Assembly (NCBI GenBank): GCA_965603825.1
Contig: CBFDEM010000057.1
Location: forward strand, 496,001 to 560,000
DNA: 64,000 bases
Direction of reading: 5' to 3'
Source of the DNA: Blepharisma stoltei ATCC 30299
Taxonomy: Eukaryota > Protista > Ciliophora
In this document: in pieces, positions 35,904 to 46,891 of the stretch
How positions within the stretch are numbered: the stretch's first letter is position 1
Layout of the letters: the number at the start of each line of letters is the position of its first letter
Made by a program: the position numbers and the translations under genes
The notes under the pieces: model-generated
What the model was told of the DNA's origin: nothing
Database searches by the model: none
Seen by the model: only the letters and a program-made list of their open reading frames with translations

Positions 35904-35955
35904 GCATATAAGTATTCTTTATAAATATATTGAGTGTTTAGTATTTCTCGCTTAG

Positions 35956-36594
35956 TTAAAATTTAAAAAAGCCTCTCCTTGCAAAGTAATATAGAACTCC
36001 CATAATTCCACCTCCCATGTGTCCTGAATGAGACAATGTTCCTTGCTTTCCACCGACCCCTAAAAAGAAAATAGGAATTGCAAGCAAAATTGCAGGGACT
36101 GGGAATATGTAGACGTAGACTGTAGCCCATGGATTGCCGACAGCAAAGTACATAAAAAGAGCTGTTGTTGAGGCACTCGCACCTAAATGGTTCGGAATCA
36201 TAGCGCCATGATATCTTCTTTTGAATTCCCATCAGACGCCCATAAAACCACCTAAAGCTCCTAGAAAATATAGATTTAGAAGTGAAAGAGATCCCAAAGC
36301 AATTTCAACATGTGGCCCAAAGAACCAAATTCCTAAGCAATTAAACAATAAGTGTATCGGCTCAATATGAGAAAAAGCTGACGTAAAAATTGTGTAATAC
36401 CGCCTTTCACGAATTGTATTACGCTCATTCATAATAAAATGCCTTCACATAAACCTTTCATCTAAAAATCTTCATGCTAAAAAGACACCTATGTTAGTGG
36501 ATATTAAGACTTTGGTCATATATCTATCACCTCGGCCTTCTACAAGAGATTCTAGTTTCCATTTGAATTCTCTAAAAAATCGTCTCCATGACAT
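35956..36594 (-). CDS. Rhomboid intramembrane serine protease (PARL/mitochondrial-like)
   Basis: ATG 36594 and three TGA=W. FTSAFSHIEPIHLLFNCL, GASAS (catalytic Ser), SHSGHMGG (catalytic His). Confidence 0.88.
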
Positions 36595-36828
36595 TTTTTA
36601 TAAGACAATTCCAGAATAGCTCTTGATTCCGAATTGATAAAAATGAGAGTAATATAAAAGAAACACTCAATTTTATAGGAAATTATAGTTGGTATATCAG
36701 CATTAGATAAATTATTAAATTCTTTTTTTTAGTTACGACTCTTATTTTATTTATAAAAAATAAGGTCAAAAATATATAATTATTTTTATCAAAATATTCA
36801 ATTTTTACTAATAGCATTTATCGTTATT

Positions 36829-38202
36829 CTAAATCAAATTTTCTTCTTTATTCAGCAATTTTGGAGAGTTTAATAATAGTGTAAGAATGCCTGATGCTAA
36901 ATGACAGAAAGAAATAACAGAAATGGCAGCTGGAGAACCCCCGAAGTCAATAAAAACTCCAATTATGATTGGAGCAAAGACACCTGCCATTCCCTGCCAA
37001 AGCATAAATCAGCCTATAAATGTACTTCTTAATTCAGTAGAAAATGATTCGGGCACAATAATTCATATAGCACCGAGTGAAATTTGGAATATAAATTGAT
37101 AAAGACATAAAAATATGATGACCTATATAGACATTACTGTTAAAATCTCGAAAGTAAGAAAAAAGCAATAGATATAGCAGCCAACCAGTACTGAAGATAG
37201 AGATAGCGCTCCTTTAGGCCCAAACCGATTTTTCACCATTTTTCCTGCAGCTAAGCTTCCTAAAAATCCTCCAAGCTGCTGAATTAATATGGCTGTATAT
37301 CTCAATGTAAGAGTATATTTTGAAAGAAAAGTTGGCGCATAAATTATTATGCTGATATTTGCAAAAGCCATAAGAAAACCAATAATAGTTATCAGTAATG
37401 TAGTTTTTATATTTTCCTTTATAAACAGGGTTTTTACTGATTTTTTATTAGGAATTTCACTTATTTCTTCGTTATAAGTAACTTCTAGTTCAGTGAGTTT
37501 TATTTCCAACAATTTTTTGTTTTTTTTAGAAATTTTCCTCAAAACTTCTTCTGCTTTTGTTAGTTTCCCTACTGAGTACAAAAACTTTGGTGTCTCATCC
37601 ATAAATTGTCTTTGGATTAACTGAGCGGAGTTTCAAAAAAAAATAATAATTGTAATTATTTTTCAATCGGACATAATAGTGGGATTAATTACTTCTACAA
37701 TGATAATAATGATTGCAATTGTTGCACCGCCTAATCGATAAAATAAAGTATAAACTGCCAAAATTGAGGTGTTTTTGTTTGATATAAATTCTTTAAGTAT
37801 AGTTGCAGATAATACTTGATCAGATGAAGCTCCAGCGCCTATAAAAAATAAAACTAAACTTAGCATAATCATATTGAATGAAAAAATCACAAAAAGCGTT
37901 GCAACTCATACAACTAAAATGCTTACCCTAAAAGAAAACATTCTCCCAAACCTATCAGATAAAAAACCGAAGAATAATGATCCAAGCGACGCCCCTAATC
38001 CATAGATAGAACCAATAATTCCTAACTCAAATCTTTCTAAATTTCAGTTGTCTCCTAGCCTTACCAATAGAAGTGACACAATGTACCCTCATATCATTAT
38101 ATTGAATACGGAAGTTCCACAAATGATAAAAATTTGAGATTGATATCTACCCCATCCAATTGTGGTGAGGTAATTATCGATTTGATTATCTCCATTAGCC
38201 AT
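36829..38202 (-). CDS. MFS transporter (SV2/SVOP/sugar-porter-like), one intron
   Basis: IGWGRYQ, LSDRFGR, ETPKFL, PESFSTELRST. Continuous with TGA=W and removal of intron 37123-37137; ends at TAG 36829. Confidence 0.85.
37123..37137 (-). other. 15-nt intron GTAATGTCTATATAG
   Basis: Removes an in-frame TAG; a homologous intron is present in the paralog at 38764-38778. Confidence 0.88.
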
Positions 38203-38440
38203 TTAATTTCTAATAATTCTTGCTAATATGTTGAAATCAAATTTTTCAAATATAAAACCTATATATTTCTCTTGCATCCAAATTACTTGAAGCCTAATTA
38301 TGATAAAGTTATCATTCTTTTGGCTATTAGAATAGTTTAATAATTTTATAACACTAAAAAAAAATATTTCACTCATTAGAAAGCATTTTACATGCATGAG
38401 ATAAAATATTAGCATAATGTTTATTATTAAAATTTTTTAT

Positions 38441-39290
38441 TTACAAATGGTCTCATCATCTAAAATGAATTATTTTTTTGCTGACCTGAGTCAAATTTTC
38501 TTCTTTATTTTGTTTTTGTTGTTTCAAAAATTCTATAAGAATTCCTGACATTAAGTGGCAAAAAAAAATGGCAGAAATTGCTGCTGGAAACCCCCAAAAA
38601 TCAATAAAAACTCTATAATTGTTGGTACAATGTTTTGCCAAAGCATAAATCAAGCTATAAAAGTGCTTGTTAATTTAGTAGAAAATGATTCTGGTACAAT
38701 TATTCATATCGCCCCAATTTAAATTTGATATAAATATTGATATAATGTAATAAACACAATTGCCTATATAAAAATTACTGTTAAAATTTTGAAAGTAAGA
38801 AAAAAAGCAATAAATATAGCATCCAGGAAGAATTGAAGAAAAAATTAATGCTCCTTTTGATCCAAATCGCATTTAACTAACTTTCCTGCTGTTAAGCTCC
38901 CTAAAATTCCTCCAAATTGTTGAGTTAATAATTGTGTTTCTTAATGTGAGAGAATATTCAGAGAGGAAAGTTAGTGTATAGAAAACGGTGCCTCCTAAAC
39001 CTATCAGATAAATAGCCGAAGAATAAGGATCCAAGTTATGCCCCCAATTCATGTATTGAACAAATACTTCCTAACTCAATTTTTCGTAGATTTCAATCTT
39101 CTTCTAGCCTTACTAATAGAAGAGAAACAATATATCCTTATATCAATATGTTAAAAACTGAAGTTCCACATATACTAAATATTTTGGTCTGATCTCTCCC
39201 TAGCTCATCCCATTTAAATAAACCTTAGCTCCCGTCTCCTAATACAATTGTGGTGAGATAATTGTTAATTCGAGTGTCTACATGAGCCAT
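38441..39290 (-). pseudogene. Decayed tandem duplicate of the adjacent MFS transporter
   Basis: Colinear similarity (NYLTTI.., CGTSVFN, LSDRF, RFGSKGAL, DFWGFPAAIS, KEENL). It has an early TAA inside a 39-nt insertion, frameshifts and a central deletion of roughly 600 nt. Confidence 0.8.
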
Positions 39291-39391
39291 TTAATATTTA
39301 TCAATGCTTGCAGTTTTCATTTTTAATGCATTTTTAAGCCATCTAGTCTTAAAACTATTTATCTTTAATAGCTTATTAAGTATCTAACTAA

Positions 39392-40543
39392 TTAATTTAA
39401 GCTAGAAAGGCACTTCGAAATATTGAATTCTTGCTGACTTCCATCTTCTTTTACAATAAAAAATGATTTGCTATTAACGATTTCTGACATCCCAGTAGAA
39501 AAGGTTTTTAGCCCTATAGACTTGCTTTCGTAAGAAGGATGATGTCTAAGCAAAGCATGCAGAAAATTATGATATTGAGGATCTATATTTTGCCCTTCTG
39601 GAGTCCTTTCAAGCAGCTCTTTTAAAAATTCCTTTAGCTTTTCAGTGCTATAAAAAAATCGCCCCCCAATATTTATTGCTTTGCTTTTCTTAATGTTTTT
39701 TGACTGGTTATTGCAAAGATCAAAATGAGAGCCATGTAATTTTCAGAAATCCAGCAGTGAGTCTCCCTCTAACTTTCAGATTCTTGCAGATTGGCCTTCA
39801 AATTCAAGATCTTCATATAGAATTTTCCCTATTTCCTCTTCACTAGTGCTTCCATTTATTCCTATATTTCCTTCTTTCCCTGAAAATCGACAATAAATTA
39901 CTTCTATATCTTTGTGTTTTTGTTTAAAAGAATCTCTCAGCTGTTTTCACGACCCTTTAGATTCTTCAAGCACTTCAACAGACAAAATAATTGGCGAAGG
40001 TTCTATTATTTCTCTATTTTTTGTTGCTTTGATAATTTTTTTGGGGATTTTTCTATTTCCATTTCTCCGAACTCCTGACCCATCAGGTGAAATTTCTAAT
40101 TCACTGGAGCATTCTGCTGCTTCTCTAATTAGTTGATCATTTGCATTTAATTGTATCAATCTTTTGCATTTCAAAAGATCTGAAATTTGGATATAGCCTT
40201 CAACAGATTTTTCTATTAATTCTCGAAAAAACTTGTCTCTGCGGAGATTGCTGTCTGAGAAATAATATTCAATTTGGAGCTTTATTGCTTGAAGATTCAG
40301 CTTATTAGAAGGAAGAGAACTAAGCTTAGAATGAAGTGAAAATAGATCTTGAAGAGAAAACTCAGGAGGCAGTTCGTTATCACTTATAGCAATTAGTTGA
40401 TCTTTTGTAATAGAAATATGAGATTTTTCAAGAAAAGAGTCGATAAGTGCTGGAAGATTGGACTTTGAAAGAGCTTCGACTGAAAATTCGTGAAGTGTCG
40501 ATTCTATTGAAGGCTTTAAGTCTTTAGAAGAGGAGCTTCCCAT
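39392..40543 (-). CDS. La-motif protein with C-terminal DUF3223 (DeCL)-like domain, Mlp1-like; N-terminal MGSSSSK
   Basis: LaM QIEYYFSDSNLRRDKFF..ELEISPDGSGVRR. Via three TGA=W it continues to LLRHHPSYESKSIG..FFIVKEDGSQQEFNISKCL-SSLN-TAA. Confidence 0.8.
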
Positions 40544-40972
40544 ATTTCATAAATCCTATTTATAGTAAATTTGGCCATTTTTGTATCGTTTTCCGATGAG
40601 TGCTTTACAGAACGGCAGTCGTAAATTCAGAAAACTTTCATTTTAATGAATTACTAGAGCAGTTCCAAGACAAAACCGATCAAATTTGCTATATCTGGGC
40701 TATTTTTATTTGAGATTTAGCTCTAAATTTAGATATAACTAATCATAAATATCTTTATTTTATATCTTATTTTCACCAAATTGCTAAACTTGTTCTGTTT
40801 TGCCTCCCCTATTAAAATAATTCTTAAAATAATTAATTTTTTCTCTCTAAATCTCAACAACTTAACTCTTAACTTATCCCAACTTCTACATCTTATTTAA
40901 TATCATCAATTTTGTGTCGGATTGATAATGTTGCTATGACGTCGACTCTCTCCATTTAACCATAAATTTAGA

Positions 40973-43444
40973 ATGCACAGTACAGGAGAAGCAAGAAGAG
41001 CTGAAAAATCAACAGGACCTACCATCGAAGGACCTCTTGGCAAAATCGCCAGCAATCTTCAAATAGAAAAGCACCCTGCATGGTCAGCCGTTCGTCTTCA
41101 GAAGTATGAAGTATTAAAGCAAAAGTACCTAGCCTCACTAGCTGGCAGAGAAAAGCACCCAATCCAAGTCATTCTCCCAGACGGGTCACAAAAAGAAGGA
41201 GTTTCCTGGCAAACCACACCACTTGATATCGCAAAATCAATATCTCACAAGTTGGCGGAAAAGGCAGTAGTAGCAAGAATCAGGTATACCCACGACCATC
41301 AAGGCGCTGAACAAGTATTTTCTGGAGAAATAGAGGACGAGAGTCACCATCACGAAGAAGACGAAAAGTCTCAGCTTTACGATATGTTCAGACCTCTAGA
41401 AGGCGACTGCCACCTTGAGATACTCACATGGGAAGATGATAACGCAAAAACTGTATTTTGGCACTCGTCAAGCCATATTCTTGGAGCCTCCCTTGAGGAC
41501 AACTTTGGAGCCCTTCTTACCAATGGGCCTCCTCTTAAGCCAGGCTACTACTATGATTCATACACTGGGGAGCGTGCAATTAAGCCTGAAGACTTCAAAG
41601 AGATTCAAAAGAAATTCGACGAACTTGTGTCAGGAAAACACCCATTTGAGAGGATTCTACTTACAAAAGAAGAAGCTTTAGATTTGTTTGACTACAATCC
41701 TTTCAAAGTCGCTTTGATGAGAGTAAAACTTCCAGAAAATTCGTTGACCAGCATCTATCGCTGCGGCCCGTTCATTGACCTTTGTACAGGTCCTCACCTT
41801 CCTCATACAGGCTATGTTAAAGCTTCCTCAATCACAAAAAATTCCTCAGCTTATTTCCTTAATAATTCTGAAAACGATTCTTTACAGCGCGTCTACGGAA
41901 TTTCTTTTCCTATTAAAAAAGAGCTAGATGAGTACATAAAATTCCAAGAAGAAGCAGCACAAAGAGACCATAGAAGAGTTGGCACATCTCAAGAGCTATT
42001 TTTCTGGCATCCTTATTCCCCTGGATCTACATTTTTCACAAAGCACGGAACAAGAATTTACAACAGACTAATTGAGTTTATCCGCGCAGAATACGCAGTA
42101 AGAGGATTTATCGAGGTTGGTACACCTAACATGTTTTCTTCAAATCTATGGAAGACTTCTGGGCATTACCAAAACTACAAAGACGCCATGTTCATGCTTG
42201 ACGTAGAAAACCAAGAATTCGGCTTAAAACCTATGAACTGTCCTGGGCATTGCTTAGTTTTTGACAGTGTTATGAGATCATACAGAGAACTGCCATTAAG
42301 AGTTGCTGAATTTGGAGTTCTGCACAGAAATGAACTATCAGGAACTTTGACAGGCTTGTTTAGAGTAAGGAGATTTGTCCAAGATGATTCACACATTTTC
42401 ATAAGAAAAGACCAAATTGCTTCAGAAGTAGAAAACTGCTTGGATTTCTTATGCTATGTCTATGACGTCTTTGGATTCCACTATGAATTCGAGCTATCAA
42501 CTAAGCCAGGTAAAGCACTTGGAAGTGATGAATTGTGGGCAGATGCTGAAGCACAGCTAGCCCAAGCTTTGGATAGGTCTGGAAAACAGTGAAAATTAAA
42601 TCCTGGTGATGGTGCTTTCTATGGGCCAAAGATTGATATCCAGGTTTATGATGCGTTGAAGAGAAAACATCAGTGCGGGACAATCCAGCTCGATTTTAAC
42701 TTGCCAATCAGGTTCGATTTGCAGTTCAAGACTGATCACGTTTCCCAAGAAGAACAGCAGCACTTAGTAGAATACACAGATTTCAAAGAAAAGCCAGTCA
42801 AGCCAGGCTATGAAAGACCAGTCATCATCCACAGAGCTATTTTAGGGTCACTTGAAAGAATGATTGGAATTTTGGTCGAACAAACAGGAGGAAAGTGGCC
42901 ATTCTGGCTCTCCCCAAGACAAATCGCAATTCTACCAATTTCAGACACTTATAATGAGTACGCAGAACAAATCAAAAACAGACTTACACTTGAAGGATTT
43001 TACGCTGATGTCAACAGTGACAGCTTAAGCTTGAAAAAGAAAGTAAGAGAAGCCCAACTTGCTCAATACAACTTAATTGGTGTTGTTGGAGAGCAAGAAT
43101 CCGCTAATGGAACAATTGATGTGAGAGACAGAGATAGCAATAAAAGCATTGGGAAATTCACTATTGCTGACTTTATTGTTTATATGAAAAGTCTACTGCC
43201 ACCACCATCCAAGGCTAGAATTGAGCTAGAACGCCACTCTTATTGCCAGGAGTGCGTCGAAGTCAAACAAGTCATTAACTTCGTTGACCTCAACAAACAG
43301 CTAGAACTCCAAACTTACATCAAAGGTGATAGTGTCAGTGAAGAAGACTGGAAAATCTATGGATCCCTCAAATCAGCTCCAAGCCAAGAAAAATATCCAC
43401 ATCTCCATAGGTGGTATTTACATCTTAAATCAATAGCAGCTTAA
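40973..43444 (+). CDS. TARS: Threonyl-tRNA synthetase with appended C-terminal GST-like domain
   Basis: TGS (LPDGS..TTPLDIA), FWHSSSHILG, DLCTGPH, KPMNCPGHC. TGA 42590=W in W-KLNPGDGAFYGPKID; HRAILGSLER. Confidence 0.96.
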
Positions 43445-43490
43445 TCACTTTTAAAAATTCCTTTTTACTATTATTATAACACGTAATACC

Positions 43491-44858
43491 ATGATATGGA
43501 AAATTGTCTTATTCTTCTTGTGTATTCTTGGGTATATAATTTATTCCTCAATACAGGTAAGGAAAAATAGAAGAAGAAAAACCATAGGAATTCTTCATCC
43601 ATATAGGTAAAAGCCATTTAGTAACGCTGGAGGCGGAGGAGAAAGGGTGCTATGGGTCGTTGTCAAAAAATTAATTCATATGAAAACAGGTTGCAAAATC
43701 GTGATTTATAGTGGGGATAGTGAAGGAAAAGAAGAAATTTTGGAAAAAACGAAAAAACTTTTCGGGATTGATCTGGTAGGTAATCAGGATATTGAATTTG
43801 TCATGCTAAATAGAAGAAAATGAATTGAAGCTGTAAGATATCCAGTGCTGACGCTGTTAGGACAGCTACTAGGGTCTATGGCCATGATGATGGAAGCTTT
43901 GAAAAAGTGTTCAGTTCCTGTTTTAATTGACACTCATGGACAAGCTGCTGGTTATTGGTTCGCTAAATTATCAGGGATTAGAGTTGTTGCTTATGTCCAT
44001 TATCCTTTTATATCAACAGATATGATTCAAAGAGTTAGAGAAATGAGGCCAAGCTATAACAACAGCAGCAAAATAGCCAATATCAGAACTGTTTCTTACC
44101 TCAAAATATATTACTACAAAATTCTTCTTTTCCTCTATTCCATAATAGGATCGTGCTGTGACCTCGCTTTATGCAATTCTTCATGGACTCGAAATCATAT
44201 CCAAGCGCTTTGGAAAACTACTATAAAAGTTTTATATCCTCCATGCGATATCAAAGTTTTTCTTAATATCCCTTTAAATTCTCCATCAAAGCACCCAATG
44301 ACTGCTATCTCAATCGGCCAATTTAGACCAGAAAAAGATCACGAACTTCAGCTACGCTCGCTAGCACTTTTAATACAAAAAAACCCGAAATTTGAAAATT
44401 CGAAGCTGCTATTGGTAGGATCAAGCAGAAATGAAGAAGACAAAGCTCGTGTAAATTATTTGAGACAGAGAGCCCAAGAGTTAGGAATAGAAAAACAGGT
44501 AGAATTTCACCTTAATGTTAGCTTTTCTGAACTTCTATCTCTTGTGGAGATCTCTACTGTAGGCTTGCACTCTATGTGAAATGAACATTTTGGGATTTCA
44601 GTTGTAGAAATGATGGCAGCTGGATTGATAACGATTGCAAATAACTCAGGAGGTCCTAAAGAAGACATAATCAAGCATAAAGTTACAGGTCTTTTAGCCT
44701 CACAGCCTGAAGAATACGCAGATTGTCTAGAGTACGCATTCGATAATTACGAGTCTCTAGAAAGCCTAAAAATTCAAGCAAGACAAAGAGTAAGCGAATT
44801 TTCTGAAGAAAATTTTGAAGAAGCCTTCCAAAATAACATAATAAATTTCTTACCTTAA
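43491..44858 (+). CDS. ALG11: GDP-Man alpha-1,2-mannosyltransferase ALG11, one intron
   Basis: HPYSNAGGGGERVLW after splicing, YVHYPFISTDM, NSSWT, GQFRPEKDH, HSM-W(TGA)-NEHFGISVVEMMAAG. Confidence 0.94.
43607..43621 (+). other. 15-nt intron GTAAAAGCCATTTAG
   Basis: Removes an in-frame TAA and restores HPY-S-NAGGGGER. Confidence 0.92.
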
Positions 44859-44864
44859 TAAATA

Positions 44865-46010
44865 ATGGGTGACATAGGCCATTCTGCTTGCGAACAGAGG
44901 CGAATCCAAAAGAAGGTCGAAGAGCTGTTCGACATAATCAAATTTGACATTATATCCAAAAAATATAGAAGCTACGTAATTTTGGATCAACAATCACATA
45001 TCAGCTTCTGCTTGCATTCATTAGAAAGCCTTCCAAAATCAGTTTCTACTCTTAATAGTGGAGAGCCATGGCTACTGTTTTGGTTGCTGCATGCATTAGA
45101 ACTTCTGAATTATCAAGTGAGTGACGATATAAAAGACAGAACCATTGACTTCATCAGTCAATGTAAATGCAAGAGAACTGGAGCCTTTTGCGGAGGACCT
45201 TATCAGATACCGCATTTAGCACCTACCTATGCTGCAGTATCTGCTTTAATGACTCTGGACTGTGATAGAGCTTTAGAAATTATAGACAGGCAAGGGATCA
45301 GAAACTTTATTTTATCAATGAAGCGGCAAGATGTAAAAGGAGCGTTTACCATGCATGAGCATGGAGAAAGCGATATGAGGTCAATTTATTGTGCGATCTC
45401 TGTGTCAAGTATTTTAGGAATTTTAGATGAAGAAATTATGCGAGATGTCCCAGAACACATAGCCAAGTGCCAGTCATATGAAGGCGGGATTGGTGCAGAG
45501 CCTTATGGAGAAGCTCATGGCGGGTACACTTATTGTGGATTAGCAAGCCTGGTGCTTATGAACAGAACAGATGTGCTGGATTTGGATAAACTGATGAGCT
45601 GGCTAGTGAATAGACAGATGAGCGTTGAAGGAGGGTTCAATGGAAGGACAAATAAGTTGGTGGATAGCTGCTACTCATTTTGGGTCGGGGCATGCTTTCC
45701 GTTAATAAAGGAAGTCATGAATATCCCTACTGAAATTTCTTTATACGACCCTCTAGCATTGCAGGCTTATGTGTTGGTAGCTTGCCAAGCTGTTATGGGG
45801 CTGTTTGATAAACCAGGGAGCTCCCCTGACTTTTATCACACTGCGTATTCTCTCGGAGGAGTTTCACATGCTGAAAATGACAATGGGCCTGTCCAATGGA
45901 TTTTCAAAGAAGGTATGGTAGCGCTTGCTCCAAATGATCCACTTTTTAACGTCGTAAGAGACAAGGTCACTCGCGCACGCAGATATTTTGAAAAAATACC
46001 ATTAAATTAA
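44865..46010 (+). CDS. FNTB: Protein farnesyltransferase beta subunit
   Basis: PWLLFWLLHALELL, GGPYQIPHLAPTYAAV, GEAHGGYTYCG, GRTNKLVDSCYSFW, DKPG..DFYHT. Confidence 0.93.
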   Translation: MGDIGHSACEQRRIQKKVEELFDIIKFDIISKKYRSYVILDQQSHISFCLHSLESLPKSVSTLNSGEPWLLFWLLHALELLNYQVSDDIKDRTIDFISQCKCKRTGAFCGGPYQIPHLAPTYAAVSALMTLDCDRALEIIDRQGIRNFILSMKRQDVKGAFTMHEHGESDMRSIYCAISVSSILGILDEEIMRDVPEHIAKCQSYEGGIGAEPYGEAHGGYTYCGLASLVLMNRTDVLDLDKLMSWLVNRQMSVEGGFNGRTNKLVDSCYSFWVGACFPLIKEVMNIPTEISLYDPLALQAYVLVACQAVMGLFDKPGSSPDFYHTAYSLGGVSHAENDNGPVQWIFKEGMVALAPNDPLFNVVRDKVTRARRYFEKIPLN

Positions 46011-46021
46011 GATATTTATAT

Positions 46022-46882
46022 ATGAATAATCAAATTAACTCTGTTGTCAAGTCCCAAGACAGACTTAAAAACTCAAAAAAGACTGTCCACAAAGAGAAAT
46101 CCAAGCCTATTGAGAACCAAAATAAATCAGCAAGTACCGAACCTTCTGAAACTCCGGATATAGAGAAAATACATACATTGTCTGAGCTTACACAAATGGA
46201 CTGAAAAGGAGCCCACACAATTGAGCCCTTACATAATGCCGCTTGGGCAGCAGAAAAAGCTGAGTTAACTGATACACTAAACCAAATAAAAAATTTCAAC
46301 AACATTTTGCTCTCTGAAAATGAAGACTTAAAATCTCGCCTAAAACAAAAAGATGACATAGAAAAACTAATTATGAATCAGGTATATGAGTTCAAAAATA
46401 AATATGAAGAACTATCTGCGACTTTATTCCAAAAAGAGAAAGAAATTCAGATTTTGAGTGAAGAGCTAGAAGTGAAAAATTTTGAATTGGGAAAAATCCA
46501 AAGCCAATTGAACTTGCAGTCAAAAACTAGCGAGAAGTTTAATATAGCCAAAATTGAAAAGGCGGCACTAGAAAATATTAGTATTCCTGCAGAAGAGCCT
46601 TCAAAAAACATCTCAAGTATTTCAATTAGTCAGAACGCAAACCTACCTATAACAAATGTCCAGAAACTTATCAATAAAAAAGGCCAGCAAGAATTAATTA
46701 TGCCATTTCTATCAAATGCTTCGAGTAGGTGAATGACAAGCTTAAGGGATATAGAAATTTCTCCTAGAATTGAAGAAAGATCGGTGTCTCCTCAAAGGAG
46801 AAAAATTAACCATAAAGTTGATGAGATGGTCAGAGAAAAATTTTTGTCGAAAATAAAGCCCAAGATTGAAAGCAATTTATAA
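46022..46882 (+). CDS. Hypothetical coiled-coil protein
   Basis: One frame through TGA 46202 and 46730 to TAA 46880-46882. Confidence 0.72.
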
Positions 46883-46891
46883 TAACAATTT

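Noticed and set aside
37631-37665. Apparent frameshift at the poly-T run in the MFS gene
   Set aside because: Recounting shows the frame is intact (..IFF-W(TGA)-NSAQLIQRQFMDETPKF).
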